This document shows, piece after piece, positions 48,132-55,843 of a DNA stretch of 64,000 nucleotides (position 1 is the stretch's first letter; every line of letters starts with the position of its first letter). Position numbers and translations under genes: made by a program. The notes under the pieces were generated by a model. That model made no database searches. It was not told the origin of the DNA and saw nothing but the letters and a program-made list of their open reading frames with translations. This DNA is from Bacteroidales bacterium (GTDB lineage: Bacteria; Bacteroidota; Bacteroidia; Bacteroidales; BM520): the NCBI GenBank assembly GCA_050953245.1, contig JBMNMG010000002.1, positions 266,903 through 330,902 of the forward strand, read 5' to 3'.

Positions 48132-48984
48132 CGGCAAAGGCGGCACAGGTAAAACCTTTATTTCGACCAACCTATTCAACTCGCTGCGAGATAGCGGGTT
48201 GAATATGGCTTTGGTGGATTGCGACGCTGAGGCACCCAACGACAGGGAGTTTCTGCGAGAGGGAGTATTGCAAACTACGCAACCAGTTACTCAAAAAATT
48301 CCCGTTATCGACAAATCGAAATGCACTTACTGTGGAAAATGTGATGAATACTGCAACTTCAACGCTTTCTTTTTCCTAGAAGAACCACAAACTATCGAGG
48401 TGTTGGAAGAACTTTGTCACGGTTGCGGTGCTTGTTCCGTTGCCTGCGAATATGGAGCAATAACCGAGAAAGATGACCTTTTGGGAAAAATCAATCGATA
48501 TAAATTTCCAAACGGCAATGAGCTGATTGAAGGCAAAATGGAGGTCGGAGTTCATGTCTCGGTTCAGATAATTAAGGAATCGATTAAAGCAGCCGAAAAT
48601 TTCGATTTGGTATTGCTCGATTCGCCACCCGGAACAGGCTGTCCTTTTATTCAAACAGTTTACAAAGCCGATTATGTGGTATTAGTTACGGAGCCTACAC
48701 CTTTCGGACTTAGCGACTTAAAGCAATCGGTGGAGATTTTGAGAGAGATGAAAATTCCGTGCGGAGTTATTATCAATCGGGCAGATTTGGGAACCGATGA
48801 GGCTCTCAACTATCTGCAACAGGAAAATATTCCATTGCTTATGAGCGTGCCGTTTGACAGAGAAATTGCCGTTGCATACTCTAAAGGCGATATGATTACG
48901 AATTTGAGCAGCGAATGGCGTGAAAAATTCAATCAATTATACCGAAACATAAAAGAGGATTTTCAAAAAGTAAAGACAAAGTAA
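48103..48984 (+). CDS. MinD/ParA-superfamily P-loop ATPase with inserted 2x[4Fe-4S] ferredoxin domain
   Basis: Deviant Walker A IASGKGGTGKTF; CTYCGKCDEYC and CHGCGACSVAC cluster motifs; DSPPGTGCP switch region. Confidence 0.85.
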   Translation: MTGITIAIASGKGGTGKTFISTNLFNSLRDSGLNMALVDCDAEAPNDREFLREGVLQTTQPVTQKIPVIDKSKCTYCGKCDEYCNFNAFFFLEEPQTIEVLEELCHGCGACSVACEYGAITEKDDLLGKINRYKFPNGNELIEGKMEVGVHVSVQIIKESIKAAENFDLVLLDSPPGTGCPFIQTVYKADYVVLVTEPTPFGLSDLKQSVEILREMKIPCGVIINRADLGTDEALNYLQQENIPLLMSVPFDREIAVAYSKGDMITNLSSEWREKFNQLYRNIKEDFQKVKTK

Positions 48985-48986
48985 TT

Positions 48987-49856
48987 ATGGAATTAGCGAT
49001 AATCAGCGGAAAAGGCGGAACAGGAAAAAGCAGTATCAGCGCGGCATTTGCCACCCTTCAGAAAGAAGTAGTTTTGGCAGATTGCGATGTGGATGCGGCA
49101 AATCTCTACTTGCTTTTTAATCCCGTTTGTGATGAGGAACATGTTTTTGTTTCGGGACAAAAGGCAGTACTCGATAAAGATAAATGTATAGATTGTGGTA
49201 TTTGTGTGGATTACTGCCGTTTCGATGCCATTGAGGAGAATGAACAAGGAGTTTCTATCGTGGAAACACTTTGCGAAGGTTGTCTTTTGTGCGCTCGTGT
49301 TTGTCCGCAAGATGCCATTACCATTGAAGAGGAAGACAGAAGTCGCTACTATGCCGGACAATTTAAAAACGGCAAAATGGTCTATGGACGACTTGCTCCG
49401 GGTGAGGAAAACAGCGGTAAATTGGTCAGCAAAGTTCGTGAGAAAGCAAAAGAGATAGCAGAAAAGTCCGATATAGAACATATTATTATTGACGGACCGC
49501 CGGGAATCGGTTGTTCGGCAATCAGTGCCATAACTGGAGTTGATGCGGTACTTGTGGTAACAGAACCGTCCGTGTCAGGCGTTCACGATTTGAAACGTAC
49601 GCTACAACTTACCAAAAGTTTTAACCTGCCGACAAGCGTTTTGATAAATAAATACGATATAAATCGGGAAGTTTCGACTGAAATAGAAGCTTATTGCAAT
49701 GAAAACGGCATCGCTGTTATCGGCAAACTACCATTCGACCCGATTGTTGTGGAGGCTATGGTTAATTGCGCTTCAATTACCGACTATACTCCTGAGTCAG
49801 AGATAAGTAAACTGATAGAAAAAGCTTGTTCTACTATTTTTTCTACTACTCCTTAG
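48987..49856 (+). CDS. Second MinD/ParA-superfamily ATPase with inserted 2x[4Fe-4S] ferredoxin domain (paralog)
   Basis: ISGKGGTGKSS; CIDCGICVDYC and CEGCLLCARVC; DGPPGIGC. Confidence 0.85.
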   Translation: MELAIISGKGGTGKSSISAAFATLQKEVVLADCDVDAANLYLLFNPVCDEEHVFVSGQKAVLDKDKCIDCGICVDYCRFDAIEENEQGVSIVETLCEGCLLCARVCPQDAITIEEEDRSRYYAGQFKNGKMVYGRLAPGEENSGKLVSKVREKAKEIAEKSDIEHIIIDGPPGIGCSAISAITGVDAVLVVTEPSVSGVHDLKRTLQLTKSFNLPTSVLINKYDINREVSTEIEAYCNENGIAVIGKLPFDPIVVEAMVNCASITDYTPESEISKLIEKACSTIFSTTP

Positions 49857-50116
49857 TTACCCAAGGAGTGGTAGCTATGCCTTATCAGTAAACACTTAAG
49901 TGAAAAACTTAATAAAAACTTAATATCCTTTTTTTTATACTTTTAAGCAATACAACTACTTTTGTATCGGACTGGATTTTAGAAGTATGAAAAACAAAAC
50001 CACATTTTAGGATTTTTGTGTCTAACGCTTTTATATTGGTTGGGAAGTTTCTCAACTAATATTATTTAGTGTGCATAACTGATTAATATCTGGTAATCTA
50101 TACATTAAACAAAAAA

Positions 50117-50344
50117 ATGAAAAAACCAATTAGTGAAATGGAGTTAGCTGCGGATAAAAAAATCGAGATTATACTAATTGCAGGAATAGCTATTCTGACA
50201 GTAATATTAGTTGTGGGAGTTTTTGCTTATAGAAATTACGATATCCTAAATGAAAACTTCCCGGAAGTAAAAGGTTATAAATTCGGTTTTACCGAGGATA
50301 TTGTGAAGTTGAAAGATGGAACTGAAATTTATTATTTAACGTGA
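50117..50344 (+). CDS. Small single-TM ORF (75 aa) whose reading frame runs into IS copy B
   Basis: One TM helix (IEIILIAGIAILTVILVVGVFAY); the last codons and the TGA stop lie in the IS inverted repeat (TTAACGTGA). Confidence 0.35.
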   Translation: MKKPISEMELAADKKIEIILIAGIAILTVILVVGVFAYRNYDILNENFPEVKGYKFGFTEDIVKLKDGTEIYYLT

Positions 50345-51368
50345 GTTCGACCTAAGCAACTACTATTCTTTTTTCATCAATAATATCTTTATTGATGTTT
50401 ATTGAAGGCTTTTTGTCGAAAAAAGAATACGCTGCCAAAGCAGATAACAGATTGATAATAAAGTTATCAAAACTTCTGTGACGTGTATGTTCAATCTGAC
50501 AAATGTTCTTTAATTCATCATTTACTGATTCTATTAAAGCTCTTTTGCGAAGCATAATTCTATCATGTAAAAGCAAGAGAGCATTTTTCATATTTTTTCG
50601 TAGTTTGGTAATTAAATGTACACCGTCAACAAAAAGTTGTTCAAACAAATTTTTACTGATATATCCTTTATCTCCAAAGAGTTTGCCAAAAATACGTTTA
50701 TGCAAGTCCATATTTTTCAGTGGTTCTCTGTCATCAACATTGCCGGGTGTAAGAATAAAATCTAAGATTTCGCCTTTGTCATTGATTATCAAATGAAGTT
50801 TGAATCCATAAAACCAACCCAAAGAACATTGTCCTTTTTGTGCTATATTTTTGAAAGTTTTGTGTTGTTTTTCTCTTTTTATGTGGCAACTACGAATAGG
50901 CGTAGAATCAATAAAGGAGATTCCTGTACACTTACCTAGACACATCATTTTAACAAAGACAGCCAGCGGTACACATACTTTTCGCTGTAGTTCAACAAAA
51001 CGATTATAGGAAACTGTTTGTGGAAAGTCTTTTTGCATATGCTTTTGGACGTAAAAGACATAAAAGCTTTTCAAGTTCTTGAACGATGCACTGTGAAACA
51101 AAATTAAGATTGTCATTACTTCACTTTCGGACATTGTAAACTTGCGGTTTCTTTTCTTTGTTTGTTCACTTGGTAAGGAGTATTCTTTGATAGTTTTATC
51201 AAATTCTTTGAAAAACTCATCGATTATGAAATAAATTTCAGTAACTTTATGGTCTGGAATCATAGCAGAATTGTTAGTATATGTTTGAAATTCAGAACTT
51301 TAAAATTACTGATTTTTCTGCTGGATTCCTAATATTTAAGCACTTTTCTTACATCGAACTCACGTTAA
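50336..51368 (-). mobile_element. IS982-family insertion sequence, copy B (intact transposase)
   Basis: Same 1033-bp element and inverted repeats as copy A, offset exactly 7910 bp. Confidence 0.88.
50352..51263 (-). CDS. IS982-family DDE transposase (303 aa)
   Basis: DDE contexts FIDSTPI, GDKGY and RALIESVNDELK (R-3-E-6-K signature); size and element length (~1 kb) fit IS982. Confidence 0.88.
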   Translation of the reverse strand: MIPDHKVTEIYFIIDEFFKEFDKTIKEYSLPSEQTKKRNRKFTMSESEVMTILILFHSASFKNLKSFYVFYVQKHMQKDFPQTVSYNRFVELQRKVCVPLAVFVKMMCLGKCTGISFIDSTPIRSCHIKREKQHKTFKNIAQKGQCSLGWFYGFKLHLIINDKGEILDFILTPGNVDDREPLKNMDLHKRIFGKLFGDKGYISKNLFEQLFVDGVHLITKLRKNMKNALLLLHDRIMLRKRALIESVNDELKNICQIEHTRHRSFDNFIINLLSALAAYSFFDKKPSININKDIIDEKRIVVA

Positions 51369-51417
51369 TTAATTTTAAATATTGATTTCAAAAAATAAAA
51401 TTAATAAAATAATTGTG

Positions 51418-51450
51418 AAAAAAAGAGCTATCTATATTTTAGATAGCTCT
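51418..51450 (-). terminator. Rho-independent terminator of trpS
   Basis: Stem AGAGCTATCTA (51424-51434) / TAGATAGCTCT (51440-51450); T-run on the minus strand. Confidence 0.7.
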
Positions 51451-51476
51451 TAAAATATTTTAATTATCTAATTTTT

Positions 51477-52475
51477 TTAAAAAATAGGATTAATTCCAAT
51501 ATATTTACGTACTTCTTTCATAGTTGCATTAGCACTTTCACGAGCCTTTTCGGCACCTAACTTTGCAACTTCTGATAAGTATTTCTCATTGGAACGAATA
51601 TCTAAAATTTTAGTTCTTATAGGATCTATAAACTTGTTAACATCTTCAGCCAATTGTTTTTTCATATCACCGTATCTGATAGAACAATTATTCCATTTCT
51701 CATCAAAATATTCAACTGTATCCGGCGATGAAACGGCTTTCATTATTGTAAATAAATTTTCTATATAGTCCGGTTTTTCCTGATTTTGCATAGTAGGGCC
51801 ACTATCCGTAAGTGCCTTCATTATTTTCTTTTTCACTGCTTTTGGCTCATCAGATAAGTAAATACAATTATCTGCACCTTCAGATTTACCCATTTTACCA
51901 CTACCATCTAAACCGGGTATTTTTACAAGTTCGTTACCAAAGTTATATGCTGTGGGCAAATTAAATAACTCGCAGTTGTACATTCTATTAAACCTGGAAG
52001 CAAATGTACGAGTCATTTCTAAATGTTGTTCCTGATCTTTGCCTACAGGAACTTTATGAGCACGATGCAGTAATATATCTGCTGCCATTAAAGTAGGGTA
52101 GGTAAGTAAGCCTGCATTTAAATTATCAGGTTGCTTACGTGCCTTATCTTTAAACGAAGTACATCTTTCCAATTCCCCTAGATAAGCATTCATATTCAAA
52201 TACAGATATAACTCAATTACTTCTTTTACATCGCTTTGAACATAAATTGTAGATTTCTCAGGATCTATTCCGGCAGCTAAATATTCTGCTAATACTTGTT
52301 TTACATTTTCTTGTAAATGTTCAGCTAAAGGATGTGTAGTTAAGGAGTGTAAATCTGCTATAAAGAAATAACAATTATTGTTTTCTTGCATTTTTACAAA
52401 GTTCACAAGGGCACCCATATAATTGCCTAAATGTAAAGGTCCTGTGGGTCTAATTCCACTTAAAACTGTATCCAT
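51477..52475 (-). CDS. trpS: Tryptophanyl-tRNA synthetase
   Basis: 332 aa; SGIRPTGPLHLGNY (HIGH-type) and KMGKSEG (KMSKS-type) motifs. Confidence 0.92.
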   Translation of the reverse strand: MDTVLSGIRPTGPLHLGNYMGALVNFVKMQENNNCYFFIADLHSLTTHPLAEHLQENVKQVLAEYLAAGIDPEKSTIYVQSDVKEVIELYLYLNMNAYLGELERCTSFKDKARKQPDNLNAGLLTYPTLMAADILLHRAHKVPVGKDQEQHLEMTRTFASRFNRMYNCELFNLPTAYNFGNELVKIPGLDGSGKMGKSEGADNCIYLSDEPKAVKKKIMKALTDSGPTMQNQEKPDYIENLFTIMKAVSSPDTVEYFDEKWNNCSIRYGDMKKQLAEDVNKFIDPIRTKILDIRSNEKYLSEVAKLGAEKARESANATMKEVRKYIGINPIF

Positions 52476-52476
52476 A

Positions 52477-54033
52477 TTAAAAATTTATTTCTTCCATTAA
52501 TTCATTAAAAAACCTATAATCTAAAAAACTATAATTAGGCATAGAATGCAATTTTAATCGAACACCGTATTTTTTTTGCCACTCTCTTCGAATAGAATTC
52601 ATCCCTTTTTTAGTAAGATAAGCATAAACGTATGGGTTTACACCTAAATTCAATTTCTTTTCGTTTTGTTCACTCACAAGATATTTTAAAGTATCTTCTA
52701 TATCGTTCTCTAATAACATCGAAGATTTTATTACACCATCGCCTCCACATGAAGGGCATTTTTCGAAGGTTTCTATTTCCACTTCGGGTCTTAATCGTTC
52801 TCGAGTAATTTGTATCAATCCAAATTTTGTAGGAGGAAGAATAGAATGTTTAGCTTTATCTTTTACCATTTCATTTTGCAAAGTTTCGAAAAGAGTTTTT
52901 CTATTTGCCGCCTTTTTAAGATCAATAAAGTCAACTATAATTATTCCTCCAATGTCTCGTAATCTTAGTTGTCTTGCTACTTCCACCGCAGCATCCAAAT
53001 TAACGCTTAAAGCATTCTCTTCCTGATTACCATCAGTATTTACTCGTGAACCAGAATTAACATCAATTACATGTAAAGCTTCCGTTTTTTCTATGATTAG
53101 ATATATACCGTTTTTAATAGTTGTAATTCTTCCAAAAGAACTTCTAATTTGTTTGTCTATACCACAATTATTAAAAATATCGTTTTTACCTTTGTAAAGT
53201 TTTAATATGTCTATTTTTCCGGGAGCAATTTTTTTTAGTGTTTCTTTTACTTCATCATAAACATTTTCATCATTAACACAAATAGAATTAAAACTTTCAT
53301 TTAAAACATCTCTTAAAATAACATTAGTTCTATCTATTTCACTCATTAATACCGATGGAACTTCTGCAGTACGAAGTTTAGTTACAATATTATCCCATTT
53401 GTTTTTTAATCTAATCAAATCCGAATATAAATCAGCAACCATTCTATCTTCGGCAATAGTTCTGATAATAATTCCAAAATTTTTCGGTTTAATGCTCTTA
53501 ACTAAAGTTTTAAGTCTATCTCGTTCTTCCGGATTTTTTATTTTTTGCGAAATAGAAATTTTATTAGAAAAAGGTATTAATACTAAATACCTACCTGCTA
53601 ATGATATGTCTGTTGAAACTCTTGGTCCTTTTGTGTTAATAGCTTCTTTAACTATCTGAACCATGATTGTTTGTTGAGCTTTTAAAACATTTGAGATTTT
53701 ACCCGTTTTAGAAATTTCAGGTTCTATCTTAAAGTTTTCTACTTGTGGGATTTTTTTGGGGTCGGATTTTCGAACTGCCTCTATATAATTTAAATAAGTA
53801 TTTATTTTAGAACCTAAATTTAAATATAATAAAAAGGCTTTTTTTTCATGTCCAATATTTACAAAAGCGGCATTTAATCCGGGTAATATCTTTTGAACTT
53901 TTGCAAACATTACATCACCAACAGAAAAATCACTATCAGTTCTATCTTTATGAAGCTCTACTAGTAATTTATCTTCGAGGAGAGCGATATCTATATTTTT
54001 ATCTTGTTTCCTTATTACTAGCTCTCTTTCCAC
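52477..54033 (-). CDS. rng: Ribonuclease G/E family (Rne/Rng) endoribonuclease
   Basis: N-terminal S1 domain (GDVMFAKVQKILPGLNAAFVNIG), DNase-I-like region VIDVNSG, Zn-link-like CPSCGGDG; GTG start. Confidence 0.85.
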   Translation of the reverse strand: MERELVIRKQDKNIDIALLEDKLLVELHKDRTDSDFSVGDVMFAKVQKILPGLNAAFVNIGHEKKAFLLYLNLGSKINTYLNYIEAVRKSDPKKIPQVENFKIEPEISKTGKISNVLKAQQTIMVQIVKEAINTKGPRVSTDISLAGRYLVLIPFSNKISISQKIKNPEERDRLKTLVKSIKPKNFGIIIRTIAEDRMVADLYSDLIRLKNKWDNIVTKLRTAEVPSVLMSEIDRTNVILRDVLNESFNSICVNDENVYDEVKETLKKIAPGKIDILKLYKGKNDIFNNCGIDKQIRSSFGRITTIKNGIYLIIEKTEALHVIDVNSGSRVNTDGNQEENALSVNLDAAVEVARQLRLRDIGGIIIVDFIDLKKAANRKTLFETLQNEMVKDKAKHSILPPTKFGLIQITRERLRPEVEIETFEKCPSCGGDGVIKSSMLLENDIEDTLKYLVSEQNEKKLNLGVNPYVYAYLTKKGMNSIRREWQKKYGVRLKLHSMPNYSFLDYRFFNELMEEINF

Positions 54034-54044
54034 GATAATATAAT

Positions 54045-54079
54045 TTTAAAAAATCTATCGGTAAAACACCGATAGATTT
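54045..54079 (-). terminator. Hairpin plus U-tract between the bS22-like gene and rng (terminator or attenuator, or an rng 5'-UTR structure)
   Basis: Stem AAATCTATCGG (54051-54061) / CCGATAGATTT (54069-54079), 7-nt loop; minus-strand T-run; ends about 12 nt before the rng GTG. Confidence 0.5.
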
Positions 54080-54133
54080 ATATTCACTTGTAGATAATAT
54101 CTTTTTAAATTTAAGAAATAATAAATTTAGATA

Positions 54134-54229
54134 CTATCTGTTTTTCTTCTTTTGTCTATTTTTACGTAAACGTTTTTTGCGTTTATGTGTAGACATTTTG
54201 TGTCTTTTACGTTTTTTACCACTTGGCAT
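54134..54229 (-). CDS. 31-aa extremely basic peptide, probable small ribosomal protein (bS22-like); not in the ORF track
   Basis: Hand translation: MPSGKKRKRHKMSTHKRKKRLRKNRQKKKNR; the ATG lies 4 nt after the HU stop; terminator-like hairpin downstream. Confidence 0.5.
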   Translation of the reverse strand: MPSGKKRKRHKMSTHKRKKRLRKNRQKKKNR

Positions 54230-54233
54230 AGTA

Positions 54234-54527
54234 TTATTTATTTAATTTAACATTTTCTTTAACTAATTGTTTAAAGCTGTTTGAAGGCTTGAATGCCGGA
54301 ATATTATGGGCCGGAATAGTAATAGGTTTATTTTTTGAAATATTTCTACCGGTTTTTTGTTTTCTTTCTTTAATAATAAAGCTACCAAAACCTCTTAGAT
54401 ATACATTTTCACCTTCTTTTAAGGAATCTTTAATAGTTTCCATAAACATTTCTATAGTTGTTTGAACATTATTTTTTTCAAATCCTGTCTTATTAGCAAT
54501 ATTTGCTACAACTTCTGCTTTTGTCAT
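54234..54527 (-). CDS. hup: HU-family DNA-binding protein
   Basis: 97 aa; MTKAEVV...V.LRGFGSF...R..R.GRN..........IPA...P.FKPS pattern. Confidence 0.9.
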   Translation of the reverse strand: MTKAEVVANIANKTGFEKNNVQTTIEMFMETIKDSLKEGENVYLRGFGSFIIKERKQKTGRNISKNKPITIPAHNIPAFKPSNSFKQLVKENVKLNK

Positions 54528-54804
54528 AATTTTAATTTATTAATTTTAATGTTATTATAATTATAATAATATTTTTCTTAATTTATAATTTTTCAGAAAA
54601 AAATTCGTTCAGTGACGAATTGCAAAGTTAAATCTTTTTTGAAAAATAACAAACATTTAAATAATATTTTTTATAAATAGTTAAATAATAAGCTTTTTCA
54701 TAATTTTGTAAGAAAAAAAAGGAACGTTTTATAAAAAAATGAGACTATAATATACTAACACTTTAATTTTAATTTATTATTTTTGAACTTTAAATTTTAA
54801 TATT

Positions 54805-55188
54805 ATGGCAAAAGGACTAAACAAAGTTACGTTAATAGGTAATTTAGGAAAGGATCCGGAAGTAAAAGAAACTACTACTGGAAAAATAGCTAAGTTTACA
54901 TTAGCAACAAATGAATCCTACAGAAGCAAAAATGGTGATTTAGTTGATCATGTTGAATGGCATAATATCACTATTTGGAATAAACTTGCTGATATTGCAG
55001 AAAAATATCTTAAAAAAGGAGATCAAGTTTATTTGGAAGGTAAAATAAGGCGTAACGACTACGAAGTTGATGGCGAAAAACGTATAAGTTACGAGATTTA
55101 TGTAGATCAATTATTAATGTTAGGAGGAAGATTTTCTGAGAATGATTCTTTTCAAAATGAAAATCTAGATGTTGCAGATTCTATATAA
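54805..55188 (+). CDS. ssb: Single-stranded DNA-binding protein
   Basis: NKVTLIGNLGKDPE OB-fold N-terminus; acidic C-terminal tail. Confidence 0.9.
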   Translation: MAKGLNKVTLIGNLGKDPEVKETTTGKIAKFTLATNESYRSKNGDLVDHVEWHNITIWNKLADIAEKYLKKGDQVYLEGKIRRNDYEVDGEKRISYEIYVDQLLMLGGRFSENDSFQNENLDVADSI

Positions 55189-55211
55189 TCCTAAAATTAG
55201 TAAAGCAAGAA

Positions 55212-55808
55212 GTGATGATAAATGTATTTAAAAGATTTTTTCTATTATTTTTTTTCGTGTTAACTTTGTTATTAAGCATTACATCTTGTAAAGATGTAAC
55301 AACTCCCAAACCGATGGGCTATTATAGAATAGAGTTTCCGGAAAAAGAATACGATTTTTTTGATGAAGATGCCCCTTTTACATGTTTAATTCCTGTTTAT
55401 TCTCAAATGCAAGAAATTACAGATACAACAAAAAATGTTCGTTGGTTTAATTTAAATATTCCAAAATATGATGCAACTATACATTTAAGCTATCATAATA
55501 TAAATCAACCATTAAATGTCTATTTGGAATCTACACGCGATTTTGTTTATAGACACATGGATAAAGCATCTTCTATAGAAACTACGGAAATTATTATCAA
55601 CAATAATAATGTTTATGGTTTAGTTTACAATATCAATGGATCTGAAGCAGCCTCTCCTACACAGTTTTATTTAACGGATAGTACTACGAGGTTTTTAAGA
55701 GGTGCATTATATTTTTCTCATAAACCAAATAACGATTCAGTAGCACCAATAATAGAATTTATCAATAAGGATATAATGATGTTTATTAGAACTTTACAAT
55801 GGAATTAA
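55212..55808 (+). CDS. gldD: Gliding-motility/T9SS-associated lipoprotein GldD-like
   Basis: Lipobox ITSC followed by PKPMGYYRIEFPEKEY, which resembles the conserved GldD N-terminus; ~190 aa. The ATG at 55215 is an alternative start. Confidence 0.55.
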   Translation: MMINVFKRFFLLFFFVLTLLLSITSCKDVTTPKPMGYYRIEFPEKEYDFFDEDAPFTCLIPVYSQMQEITDTTKNVRWFNLNIPKYDATIHLSYHNINQPLNVYLESTRDFVYRHMDKASSIETTEIIINNNNVYGLVYNINGSEAASPTQFYLTDSTTRFLRGALYFSHKPNNDSVAPIIEFINKDIMMFIRTLQWN

Positions 55809-55843
55809 TTCTTGTTAAATATTAATTATAAAAAAATAGGTAA

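Larger units (their letters stand above)
42426..51368. mobile_element. Composite transposon: two direct IS982-family copies flanking a 6.9-kb GC-richer cargo
   Basis: Near-identical 1033-bp IS copies at both ends; composition shift coincides with the IS boundaries; the outer flanks share TTAA(TTAA). Confidence 0.6.

Noticed and set aside
42422-51372. The 8-bp TTAATTAA at both outer junctions was considered as proof of a target-site duplication.
   Set aside because: TTAA is present at all four IS ends and may be part of the inverted repeat or a per-copy duplication. The remaining TTAA is a likely chance match in AT-rich DNA. I kept it only as weak supporting evidence.
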